Positions 52,950 through 64,000 of a DNA stretch of 64,000 nucleotides are shown piece by piece. Within the stretch, counting starts at the first letter, position 1. Every line of letters starts with the position of its first letter. The DNA is from Felis catus (lineage: Eukaryota): assembly GCF_018350175.1 (NCBI RefSeq), contig NC_058368.1, positions 16,246,001 through 16,310,000 of the forward strand. The letters run 5' to 3'. A program made the position numbers and the translations under genes. The notes under the pieces are model-generated. The model saw only the letters and a program-made list of their open reading frames with translations. It had not been told where the DNA came from and did not search any database.

Positions 52950-54426
52950 ACGTGTAAAAATTCTTAACAAAACTTTCACACACTGAACATATTATGGCTA
53001 AGTAGAATTCATCCCAGAATGAATGAGATAAATGGGATGAGGATTTAACATTCAAAAATAAATCCATGTAATTCACTATATTAAACTAAAAAAAAATGAT
53101 CATATTAGTAGATGCAGAAAGAACATTTGGTAAAAATCCAACATTCATTTCTTATAAAAATTCTCAGCAAAGTTGGAATAGTAGGTGCTTTCTTCAACCT
53201 GGTAATGGTTATCTATGAAAAAGCAGTGTTGCTAACATGAAATTAAACACTATGCTTAAGGTTAGATGACTAGATGAATGTTTTCCCTTTAAGATCATGA
53301 AGAAAAAGAATGGTCTCTCTTGACACTTCTCTGCAACATTATGCTACTGTTCAACATCAACCAATGAAATTAGGCAAGATTAAATAACAAAAACACCCAA
53401 ACTGCAAAAGAAGTAAAATTGTCTTCATCTGTAGAAAACATGATTGTCAGTGTAGAAAATTTGATGTAAGCTATAAAAAGTTACTGGAACTAGTAAGTGA
53501 GTTTAACAAGTTTTCTGAATACTAGGCAATACACAGAAAATGAACAGCAATTGAAATAAAAACAATGTCATTGGTAATACCATAAAAAATATGAAGTACA
53601 TAACAAAAATTTACAAAAGAGGTGCAAGACCTGGACCCTCAAAATAATAAAACATTAGTAAGGTAATTTAATAAAGAGCTATATGAACTGAGAGATGTAT
53701 TTTGTTCATGGTTTGAAAACCCAGTATTGTAAAGATTTTAATTATACTCAAGTTGATCCATATATTCAACACAATCTCAATTCAAAGTCCAGCAGATACC
53801 TTAATTTTTTTGTAGGAATTGCCAAGCTGATTTAAAAATTCATGTGGAAATGCAAATAATTTGAAATACCCTCTCAACTTTGAAAAAGATGAGCAGATTT
53901 GGAAGACTAACCCTACCTGATTTAATGACTTATTTAAAAACTACACTAATCTAGTCAGTCTGGTGTTTCAATTAAAATAGACAAACAGATGAAGGGAACA
54001 GAACACAAAGAAGAAAAACAGAAATAGACTCATAATATATGGAGTTTTGACAAAGATGTAAAGACATATCAATACACAAAGGAAAGTCTTTTCAGAAAAT
54101 GGTGCTGGCTTAATTGGCTATCTATAGGGGGAAAAAACCAACTTTGATTCATACCTGCACCTTAAACAAAAATGAATTAAAAACGAACTATATACCTCAA
54201 TGTAAAACCTGAATCTAATAAAACTTCTAAAAGAATATAGATCAGAAATTTTTGTGAACTTTGGTCAATGAAAGATTTCTTAGATATGACAACCAAAGCA
54301 TAATCTATAAAAGAAAAAACATAAATACAACTTTGTTATCTTCAAAAACACTGCCGATAGAATGAAAAGATAGGTAACATATTAGGAGAAAATGTTTACA
54401 CCTTATGTAGCTAATAAAGCTATGTA

Positions 54427-54427
<1 letters not shown>

Positions 54428-54464
<37 letters not shown>
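54428..54464. repeat. (ATCT)n microsatellite
   Basis: About 9 perfect units. Confidence 0.9.
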
Positions 54465-55312
54465 GCATATACATAAGATATAAGAAATTCTCAAAACTCA
54501 ATAATAATTTTTAAAAACACCAACCCAATTAAAAATTGGCAAAAGATTTGAACAGACACTTCAAAGAATATATACAAATGTGAAATCAGCACATGAAAAA
54601 CATACATCAGGGAAAAGCAAATTAATACCACAATAAGACTACACTACACACCTATTAGAATAGCTAAAATTAAGAAGATTGTATCAAGTGTTGACAAGAG
54701 AAATTGGAACTCCCATATACTTCCGGTGGGAATTTAAAATAGTAGAACTGCTTTGGAGTATTGTTTGGCAGTTTCCTAAAACATTAATCACATACCTTCT
54801 GTGTGATCCTGTAATTCCACTCCTATGTAAAATCCCAGAGAAAGAAAAGCAGACAAAGAAGCCATGCACAATGTGTGATTCGATTTATATAAAAGTCTAG
54901 AAAATGCCATTATCTAGAGTGACACAGAGTAGATCAGTAGTTGCTTGGAGACTGTGGTCTCAGCAGAAATCTCTATAAAGCAATATTTCTCAGAGTTAGG
55001 GCTTTGGACCTTATGCATTAGGATCAATTAGGAAGCCTTATTTGGAACTGCAGTCTTAAATTCAGTGTGCTCAAACTTATATGCTACTTATGCAGAGGAC
55101 AGTTAGAAAAAGCTGAAATCAGGTAATATAGAGTCAGCACAATTAGGAAAATAAATGTGTTTGCTATACGCAAGTTTGTACTTGTTGAATAATGGAATTG
55201 TGGTAAGTTGATTGATGGCCTGATTTAAGAGTACAAGGTAAAAATAGTTACATAAATTAGTTGAGCCTCATTTTTTTCATATAAAACTGGAGATGATAAA
55301 ACTTCAGAATTT

Positions 55313-55518
55313 TTATTTATTAAAAACTTTTTTTACATTTATTTTTGAGACACAGGGAGACAGAGCGTGAGTGGGGGAGGGGCAGTGAAGGGGGGGTACA
55401 CAGAATCTGAACCTGGCTCCAGCCTCTGAGCTGTCACGTGGGGCTCGAACTCACGAACCGTGAGATCATGACCTGAGCTGAAGTTCGATGCTTTACGAAC
55501 TGAGCCACCTGGGTGCCC
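55313..55518 (-). mobile_element. Can-SINE inserted in a MIR remnant
   Basis: TSD aaacttcagaattttta; host reads tgagcctcatttttttcatataaaactggagatgataa. Confidence 0.92.
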
Positions 55519-57013
55519 CAAACTTCAGAATTTTTAAAGGATTAAATATTGTGTGTAAAAGTACATACTACTCTGCCTTTTGAGTTTACAGAAAGTGTTT
55601 GGATAGGATTAATATTTATATTATTTATTTATTATTAAATCCTTATTTTGGAGTTTAAAATGATTTATTTTCATATATTTTAAATCTTATTTTTATTTGT
55701 ATTATTGTTATAGTTTATTAATAATTATTTACATTTTATCTTTAAATATATTTGCATGTGTCATTTGAAAGACTCTGTCCTTTACCAAAGAGATATGCTA
55801 GATTTTTGTATGTGTACTAACCAAAACTGATTTCTTTTCTCTTCTTTGGTTCAATAATAATAATGGAAAAAAGGGCAGGGCTTTAAAGTTAGCAGTCTTT
55901 AAAAAGACCTTAGCGTCATTCCTATTGTTGTGGATTACCATGTTCAAAGTACAACTTGGGAACATTTGTCTCATCATCAAATGAAAACCCTGAAGGCGGC
56001 TAAATGAATGAGCCAACCTTCTATTTACGCTATGCAATAACTTGTGATCGTCTAGAGGATCATGAACAACATGCTGTCTGTTTGGAATAGTCATCTTTGT
56101 TGATGATGGTTCAGTATATTCTACCAGTACTACCTTATATAACCATCCCTCTGAATCATTTTGGGACCACCATGGCCACACTCTGTCCAGTTGAGATTGT
56201 AGTCCCAAGATTCTCTGCATGAATACAGAGTTAGTAGGGCATTTTGCTTCCTGGCAGAGGTTCTAAATGCTATACATAAATCTCACCACTATCCTGGACT
56301 AGAAAGCATTCTGGAAAACCAAGGCTCTTGAGCACTTCCTCCATGTCACTGCCATATCTTTATATTTTACTTCCTCATCCCAATTGCTTCCCCAAAAAAC
56401 CAATGCTTTCACCTACCCCCCCCCCCCAAATTTAGATCCTTTAATTGTATGCTAGTAGTGAGGCTCTCATCCAAGCTGGACATCTGTGATCAAGACTGGT
56501 ATCTTGAGTTTGACCTTCCTCAGTTTTATGTGTATAATACAATTTTATTACATAGTCACCAGTTTCTCATGAGTATGGATTCTGTTCCCTGATTGCTCTC
56601 ATTCACAAGATGACACTTGTTGAGATCTAAGTAGATCAACTGGTATCTTTATCATTCTCTGCAAACAAATATTTTTCTTTTACTATGCAATGGATTCCAG
56701 TGTTACTTCAGTCTTAGTTAAGGGAATCTCTGTGACTTTTCCTATATCTAGCAAAATCCTAGGAAAAATTAATGTATTTGTGTCTGTGTAGAACTGTTTG
56801 TTCTTCTACTATAGCTCAAAGTGAGTTATGAATTATTGGCGATTTGTTTCTTTACTCTTTGAAGACAGTAACTGTCTGGTTCACAACCTGGCATGGTTCT
56901 GGGGTTCTATTAGGTATTCCGTTGATGCTTAATGATTGCTTCATTGAGTAATGATTCTTTATATAACATAATAGTTTAAAAAATTCAAGAAACACTAAAT
57001 TCATTCAATTTCC

Positions 57014-57019
57014 TTTATT
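57014..57019 (-). terminator. Distal polyadenylation signal AATAAA of POSTN
   Basis: tttatt on + strand; U/GU-rich sequence follows on the minus strand (tttagtgtttcttgaattttt). Confidence 0.6.
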
Positions 57020-57144
57020 GAGTATTTGTAATAAAAAAAGAGGTATAAAGTCTTGTTCCCAAGTCCAAACCACTTATTAATTTAAACCTTGAGTTTTCTG
57101 ATCACCCAATTTGAAGTCATTCTTTTTATAACTGAAAAAATTGT

Positions 57145-57150
57145 TTTATT
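57145..57150 (-). terminator. Proximal polyadenylation signal AATAAA of POSTN
   Basis: tttatt on + strand, about 600 nt after the stop codon. Confidence 0.7.
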
Positions 57151-57748
57151 GAAAATTTGAGATAAAAATATGTATTGAAAAAAGCATATGGCAAACATTT
57201 CAAGAGTACAAAATTAGTTGTAGAAATAACATAATTTACTGGTAATCCCACATTGTATTAGAAATGTGTGAAGTTTTTTGACATAAACGTTTTGTTTGCT
57301 TGTTTTTTTAGTACTGAGCACCCAGTTTTATAGCTTAGCTTCCCATGGAGAGGTACCTGCTTGCATACATTTTATCTATCTCTTAGATTCAAGGCTTAAT
57401 CTTCTCAATGGAATGTGAGACTTGAATTTTGATAACTCAGGTGACAAGAATCTTCTTTGATGGATTCCAAAGTTAGCTAGAATTTTTAATGTCAATATGT
57501 AAAAGCCTGTATGTAAGGTGTTCTATTTCCTTCAGTTCCTATCCCACAGCAGACTAACCCCCACAATTTCCTTCATGTTTCTCATTCAGAGAAAAAAAAG
57601 ATGAAATTTGTATTCAGAATTTTTCTGTGTTTGCTTTTTTTGTGCTGGTGTTTCTTTTCCTGAAGTCAGTGTGGCTCTCATAGTTTTCGCTTAGCATCAG
57701 GTTATTGATTTAGGGTGGTATAAACTTTGCTGTCTGGTTGCTGGATTT

Positions 57749-57786
57749 TCACTGAGAACGACCTTCTCTGGATCGTCTTCTAGATC
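57749..57786 (-). CDS. POSTN: Periostin last coding exon (exon 23 equivalent), including TGA stop
   Basis: ctttcttcctatcag|GATCTAGAAGACGATCCAGAGAAGGTCGTTCTCAGTGA. Translates (G)SRRRSREGRSQ*, the basic periostin C-terminus. Confidence 0.97.
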
Positions 57787-58409
57787 CTGATAGGAAGAAA
57801 GATGAACACATAGATTGTAAATGTGATGAAACTTTAGAATTTAACAATATGATATCCTATGCATGACTATATCTATAAAGACCATCATTTCTTACTGTAT
57901 TAAACATTAGATTCTGTTTTCTTAATATCCTGTTTATGGTGATGAAATCTAGGTTATCTTTTGATTAAAAGTGTATGAGAATAATAATTTGAAGTTTTAG
58001 TTCTTTAGAAAACTTGGATGAATAGGATGTTTAGAAGAAATCCCTGATAAAACCTTCAATTAAAAAGTATTTGTATAATTGATTCTTTAATTTCAATTGT
58101 CTATGTTGGGTTGGTTTAAAATCAGATATACCTATAATGCATTTACAATCCTTGCAATTTCTTTTGACTATTAATATGTAATTATTTTAGAAAGTCCAAT
58201 CTTGGAATTTGTTTGAAGTTCCACATGGAAAATCTGTCATTGTTTAATCTATTAGAATGCAAGAGAACCTGAGTGAAAGATTAGAAAATGCATATAAGTA
58301 TAGTTATGAAGAAAACCGTAGTGCATGGGTAATACATGCATATGTATAATCTACACATATATCAAAATTTTGTAGAAAGTTATATTAATAACTTTCTATA
58401 TGTGTATAG

Positions 58410-58563
58410 TTTTATTTTTTTATTATTTTTTTAACGTTTATCTTTGAGAGAGAGACAGAGCGTGAGCGGGGGAGGGGCAGAGAGAGAGGGAGACACAGAA
58501 TCTGAAGCAGGCTCCAGGCTAAAAGCTGTCAGCACAGAGCCTGATGTGGGGCTGGAACCCACT
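58410..58563 (-). mobile_element. 5'-truncated Can-SINE in the last POSTN intron
   Basis: Tail and body present; breaks off after ggggctggaacccac. Confidence 0.88.
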
Positions 58564-58954
58564 AATGTTTACTAACGTTTAATTTTACTAATGTTTCAAA
58601 CTGTAGCCTGATCTCTACCATTTTTAGAGCGTTCAGGTTCACCAGCAACCAACTTTTGCTTGGCTCATATTCAAGGATTTCTTTTCAACTTAACTCTACT
58701 TGAATCTACTTTAGTGGTTTCAAAAATCTACCACTTTACTTGAGTATGATTGCCTTTCCTTTAACATTTGTTATCCTTACATCTTACTGATCGTGTAGAA
58801 CATGAATAAGTTATTTTCTGATTTTTATCAGCAAAATACTTTGCCTCAAAATTTGCTAACTTGTCTCCCTGAAAGACAACAAGATCCAATAAAATATATT
58901 AAAACATTACCCTTTGGATGTATCTCCTATGCACAGTACTATCAATACATTTAC

Positions 58955-58996
58955 CTTGAACTCTTTTGTTGGCTTGTATCTTCCTCACAGGTGTGT
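58955..58996 (-). CDS. POSTN: Periostin coding exon (exon 22 equivalent), 42 bp, phase 1-1
   Basis: ttaattttag|ACACACCTGTGAGGAAGATACAAGCCAACAAAAGAGTTCAAG|gtaaat. Translates (D)TPVRKIQANKRVQ(G). A CTAAC branch-point candidate lies about 20 nt upstream. Confidence 0.96.
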
Positions 58997-59030
58997 CTAA
59001 AATTAAATAGTTGTAGTTAGAAATACTTTC

Positions 59031-59149
59031 AAGTTATGGCTAACATAGACAGGAGACCGTAATTAAAGAAAAGTATAAAGTTTAAAATAAGTTATGGCTA
59101 ACATAGACAGGAGACCGTAATTAAAGAAAAGTATAAAGTTTAAAATAAG
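59031..59149. repeat. Perfect 58-bp tandem duplication in POSTN intron 21
   Basis: aagttatggctaacatagacaggagaccgtaattaaagaaaagtataaagtttaaaat twice, then aag. Confidence 0.97.
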
Positions 59150-59936
59150 CATCACTTAAACGTGTAGTTTTTTTTGGAATCATGAGACTTTTTCATTGGC
59201 TACAGACAGGCATTTGTTGTCCACTGATGAGAACGAATGTTCACTGTTTGCAAAACATTGTTTCATTATGGCATTTGGAGCCCCATACAATGTGTCATTT
59301 TTCCATAGAGTAAGTGACTTACATGACTTTTTCACCTTTTTTATAAAAAGCATTGCTTTATGATGAAGGAATATTTAATATTATATACAGTGTAACAGAA
59401 GTGTCTTCCCAGAGATATCGAGTCATTTTTCCAGTCATTCCTATTTGTGATGTATCAGACTTCTGCCTCTGAAATTCTCATTGTAAATTAATTCACAATT
59501 ACCTTATAGAACGCCAGGACAACAAGATAGCATTGGCCTAATAACTCTAGAAATATAATATTAAGCAACTTAGGAAATGTGTGCCAACATACTCCCAAGT
59601 TTAATTCCAATCCTGTAAGACCATTTATAAAATTAACTAGTTAAAAATAATAAAAGCTTTCATATTTAAGATTTTAAAGTGTTTCATAACTATACAGGTT
59701 TTTTTGTTGTTATAGTTGCATAATACTTCCCAATTCCTTGTTTTTCTTTAACTCCTCAACAACACCCCCTGGTAGGCCCAAATTCACATTTTCACTCTGC
59801 TATTGGATACTTAAGATCAAGGTTAAATGTGGTTTCTACAGTGACTTCATTTTTCTGCTTACCTTGTAAAATTTTTTTCTATACATTTCTTGCTTTTATA
59901 TATTATTTATACCCAATAATCAGGTCAAAATCTTTC

Positions 59937-59973
<37 letters not shown>

Positions 59974-60899
59974 TTCAATTCTCTGAAATTCCATTAAAAA
60001 GTAAAGCAAGAAACTGTCACCAACAGTTAAGAAAGAAACATTTTAAAAATGTTTGAATAATTTTGTTTCTACATGGCACATTTCCAACATGGTTTATTTC
60101 CCACGGAATATAAGATGTGTAATCACTTATGATACGTTATTAATAGAGTAAAATAGAATACAGAACTGTAGAAAACCTCATTAGGTTCGATATTGAGTCT
60201 AAGTTTTTTTGAGATAGAAAAGTCTGAATTATGGACTATGGTCCAATTGATATATTTCCATTAACTTCAGGTTTATTTAGTAACAAAATAAGGGCTTATA
60301 AAATATAGTCAAGAAGAGATGGATCCCGTCTTTAATTAGTGAATAAGACCATTGTTTATAATGGACTTGTTAAACTCCAAATAACAGTTACTGTATAATT
60401 TAAAGCAAGCTCACAGAAGTATTCGCAGCATTACGTTTCAAAACAAGCGCTTACACTCAGATTTTCTTTCATATACTTGGCAGCATCCAATTAAGTAATT
60501 AATTTGTTACTAGTTTGCTGTGATAATATTAAAATAAAAGTATTAATTGTTTGCAAAAAAAAAATCTTTAGGAGAAAGTCTAATAAAGTGTAGGAAACCA
60601 GACTTGTTCCCAGTGGCTTTCTGCTATCTCAATATGAATGAAAGTGGGATCAAGTCATATGCTTAGAGAAGCAAAATGTGCGAGAATAAACCAATCATAT
60701 GAATGATCCCACATGAATGCCCCTCCCTACCATGTTTTATGAAACACGCAAAGTGCTTCAGCCCAATTATTTATAGGATTTTTGCATATTTACCATAGGT
60801 ATGGCTCTCAGAAATTTAAATTAGGTGTAAAATATTACTTCATTACATTTATACTATATAAGTGTATTGTGTTAATATAGTCGGCCATGATATTTACAG

Positions 60900-61085
60900 T
60901 AGCTAGCATTACTGGGAGCTTGTGTTTACTGAGCATTATTCCAAGTGCTTTTCATACATTACCTCATTTATATGTAAGTGACATTACTATCCTCATTTTC
61001 AGATGAAGAATCAACTTAAGTTAGTTTGAGTTGGAGCCCAGATCAAAAGCCAGACCTGCAAGCTGATCCCTATTCTCTACACAGG
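60900..61085 (-). mobile_element. MIR remnant in POSTN intron 21
   Basis: aagtgcttttcatacattacctcattta...attactatcctcattttcagatgaagaa. Confidence 0.65.
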
Positions 61086-63316
61086 CTTTACATGTTATAT
61101 TGGCAGATCTGTCAAAACCATCCAAAATGACTTGTTTTTTGTTCCTTCCTGTATAGCTTGATATTCTCCCTTAATTACTTTGGTAGTTTTAGTAAATGTA
61201 ATTTTATCTAAGATAAGTGTGAAACTTCTATGCATTTCATGAGAACATTTTTTAGTTGGGGGCTTGGATGTACTTCAATGGTAAATCACAATATTGAAAC
61301 CAAAAGGGCCACTGAGCCATGTTACTAGTCATGACTAGAATAATTGAGGAATATACTCAATTCATCAAAATGTACTACATGTATCACTATAAGCAGTCTA
61401 GATAGAAAACTCCAAGCTTTAATATGAAGACTACAGTTTGGATAGAGATCAATTATCTATACTATGAAAGAACAAAAGCAAGCCTTGCGTGATGTACTCT
61501 TTATTCACAGCAGCTTCTTTGGAAATAGGTATCTCAGGATCTGGACGCTTATAACTCAGTGATGACACATTGGTTTTACAGGGCTAGGAAAAAAAATACT
61601 AGCATGTCCAGTTAGTTTCCAAATACTAGTAACTATGCTTCTTATGTTGTCTTTCTTATGAGAACAAAAGCCTTAGAAATGTTTTTTAAAATTTGTGATG
61701 TGGCATTGTGGAAATTAATGCTTTATAGATATGTAGAGAAACCAAATATTGAGAACTAAAGGAATCAACCTCTGGGATAAAACAGGAGTTAAAGAAAGAT
61801 TTCCTTAACTAAAATTAGAATATCATATTCTTGTAGCAGGTATATTTTCTTTTGCCTGAAGTTATTGTTATGTACTTAGTTCGCTGTCTATAATCGACTT
61901 GTTAACTGGGGCTTATTAAAGGTGAAGAAAACATACTTACCTGAAGTTTAAGACTAAATAAAGCAAAGCAATGTATATATAGGTGCGGCTACTAATTGAT
62001 TCATTCTCTAAAAAGCACTGCCATTCTACAAAGCTGCTTACTATGGCAAGGACTTAACAAAAAAAAAAAAAGAATTCAATTTAACCTTCATAATATCTTC
62101 ACCACTTCCCTCAAATCTTTGTTTTCCTAGCTGACAGTTAAACATTTGTGGATAGATGAGTAAATTCTGTATTAGATCATACAGAAAACCTTGATTCTAT
62201 TACGGCTTTGGCTGTGTCACACTCTCCCTACAGTCTGAACGGAAATCTTGTATTTTTCAGACACATATTTTTCTATTGAGGGGAAATTTAATCATTGGTT
62301 AAATAAAAATTATTTATTTTTACTATCGCTGAAGGGTCTCAACACTATATATAAGAGGTTTTACCTATATAAAATAAAGAATAAAGAAACAATTGCTTAA
62401 AATATGTGTGGTCCCAAAAGAATTTACATCTTCTTGGACACAGTGATAACAAATTAAGCAGAAAAACCATCTTGGACAATACTTTGGAGAAATACCAACT
62501 TTCAGTTGTGTTTCTCAGATATTTCAAGAAGTATTTTTGATTTTTGTAAATAATTTATATGCTTCTTTAAAACAATTTGTCATCTAAATACTTTCGTTTT
62601 TAATAAAATGAACTAGAAATTTATTTATTCAAATGCCAATTATCCAAATAATATTTCATTAGTATTTACTATTTCTTTGAATAATTACCATTTAGAGTTT
62701 GCATAAGATTTTGAATTCTTTTTTTTCTCCTTTGCTTTTAAAAGTAGGTCCTTTTAATGCCATAGACAGAGAACATTCATACTTTAAAGATTAATTTCAT
62801 ATGCAAAATAATTTACATCTCCAGGTATAGATTATCACTCAAACTGTTAGAAGAAACAGATATTCATTCTCAAGAATGTAGTTTGGAAAAGAAAATTGCT
62901 AAATGCACTGTCTTGTTTTTATTTCTAGATCTATGCACTTAAAAAATCTATAAACATGCTTTTTATTATTGTTGTGGGGGCAGTGAATACATTTTTTTAA
63001 ATATAAAAAGTATGTCAATTTAGACTTCTTTAAACAACTACCAATTTAAAAAGTATTCTTCTTTCAGATACTTAAAATATCCTTACAATTATCTGTATCA
63101 AAGAAAAAAAATATTCATTGCTCCCCAAGTTTATGCCATACAACTTTTTAAAGACCGTTTCAACTAGTAATCATTTCTTCATTATTATTACTTAAACTTC
63201 TGTTGAACTGATCAGTCTCTTAAGACAACGTATGATGTTGTCTTTTTCAACCTTATGAAAAGAAAAACCTGAATGTTCAGTCTTTAAAAAGTTGAAGAAT
63301 TCAGTCACCAGAACCT

Positions 63317-63331
63317 GTTAGGCGGGTTAGT
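63317..63331 (-). promoter_or_regulatory. Candidate Quaking (QKI) response element downstream of POSTN exon 21
   Basis: Intron positions +19 to +33 read ACTAAC-ccgcc-TAAC, matching the bipartite ACUAAY-N(1-20)-UAAY consensus. Confidence 0.5.
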
Positions 63332-63349
63332 GGTTTTCCTTTTACTAAC

Positions 63350-63433
63350 CTCCCTGAAGCAGTCTTTTAATTTCTTCATCTTCAAATAAATGACCATCAC
63401 CTCCTTCAATGAATTTGGTGACCTTGGTGACCT
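63350..63433 (-). CDS. POSTN: Periostin coding exon (exon 21 equivalent, known cassette exon), 84 bp, phase 1-1
   Basis: tcctctcag|AGGTCACCAAGGTCACC...CTTCAGGGAG|gttagt. Translates (E)VTKVTKFIEGGDGHLFEDEEIKRLLQG(D), in frame with the flanking exons. Confidence 0.97.
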
Positions 63434-63824
63434 CTGAGAGGATACATGTTTATAGCAGAAATTGGTTTATGTAATAGAAACACAGGAGACTTGATGTGAT
63501 ACATAATGGCATCTGGCAAACAATGAATTCCAGACCAACACTTGGTTCTTTTTCTATCTTTAGCGTTGGTTTTTCATAAGTCAGTTTTCTTATAAGGCTA
63601 TTGAACTATATATCACAAAACAATTAATACAACCCAATGTCATTTGGATTTCATTCTCTATCTTTGGGCTTTTTTTCACATGCTGGCATGGAACTTGAAT
63701 GAAAGAACGAGATAGAGTAGAAAACCTGTAAAAGGGCTCAAAGATTATCTTAGACTGAAACAGGTAGCTTAGGTCAAGTCACATTTTAATTTTTCTACAC
63801 CTTCTTGCAATATTTATTGCTGAC

Positions 63825-63902
63825 CTTCCTGCAATAATTTCTTCAGTGTTTCTTCGGTTTCTCCACCACCAGTGGAAATCCTAGTGTATTTTATTTCAGG
63901 AC
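63825..63902 (-). CDS. POSTN: Periostin coding exon (human exon 20 equivalent), 78 bp, phase 1-1
   Basis: Minus strand: ttttctttctttcag|GTCCTGAAATAAAATACACT...TTGCAGGAAG|gtcagc. Translates (G)PEIKYTRISTGGGETEETLKKLLQE(E), matching the recalled periostin C-terminal region. Confidence 0.97.
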
Positions 63903-63944
63903 CTGAAAGAAAGAAAAAAATTTTTTTTAAAAAAAGGTCTAAAA

Positions 63945-64000
63945 CAGCGATGGGCAAACTTCCTACCGAAAGGGCCAGATAGGAAGTATTTTAGACTTTG
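63945..64000 (+). mobile_element. MER58-type hAT MITE start (runs off the window)
   Basis: cagcgatgggcaaactt...aagggccagataggaagtattttagactttg matches the recalled MER58A 5' end. Confidence 0.7.

Larger units (their letters stand above)
50680..54960 (+). mobile_element. Large old L1 (L1MC/MD-like): ORF1, ORF2 remnants and 3'UTR
   Basis: acagatccaagaaactcaa (ORF1), cactggtgaattctaccaaacgtttaagg, gatgcagaaagaacatttggtaaaaatccaacat (RT), ggcaaaagatttgaacagacactt, ttggcagtttcct. Confidence 0.85.
56995..57748 (-). other. POSTN: POSTN 3'UTR (3' end approximate)
   Basis: Repeat-free AU-rich sequence after the stop codon with two AATAAA hexamers; the end is inferred from the distal signal. Confidence 0.75.

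Noticed and set aside
7..55521. Many 60-146 aa ORFs with motifs such as MAQSVK.LTLAQVMIS, GAPGWRSRLS and RERGRHRIG
   Set aside because: They are translations of Can-SINE copies in various frames, not genes.
1..64000. tRNA genes, CRISPR arrays or prokaryote-type systems
   Set aside because: tRNA-like A/B boxes occur only as SINE heads, there is no repeat-spacer array, and the sequence is mammalian.

Overview
AT-rich mammalian genomic DNA from a felid (cat family), inferred from about 29 carnivore tRNA-derived Can-SINEs, including near-identical young felid-type copies. The only protein-coding gene I can support is the 3' end of periostin (POSTN) on the minus strand: four coding exons (human-numbered 20-23; GPEIKYTRISTGGGETEETLKKLLQE / EVTKVTKFIEGGDGHLFEDEEIKRLLQG / DTPVRKIQANKRVQG / SRRRSREGRSQ*) and a 3'UTR with two AATAAA signals (about 56,995-63,902). 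These exons are too short to appear in the supplied ORF track. The rest (1 to about 56,900) is intergenic and dominated by SINEs, L1/L2 remnants, ERV solo LTRs, MaLR LTRs, DNA-transposon MITEs and microsatellites; almost all listed ORFs are repeat-derived or spurious. I found no convincing undescribed multi-gene system. The best leads are an inverted duplication of a SINE plus unique flank, a young gammaretrovirus-type solo LTR, a QKI-type element and an intronic stop/poly(A) signal around the POSTN cassette exons, a perfect 58-bp intronic duplication, and an L1 lacking ORF1. Repeat family names come from my recall of consensus sequences, not from a database search, and old-repeat boundaries are approximate.
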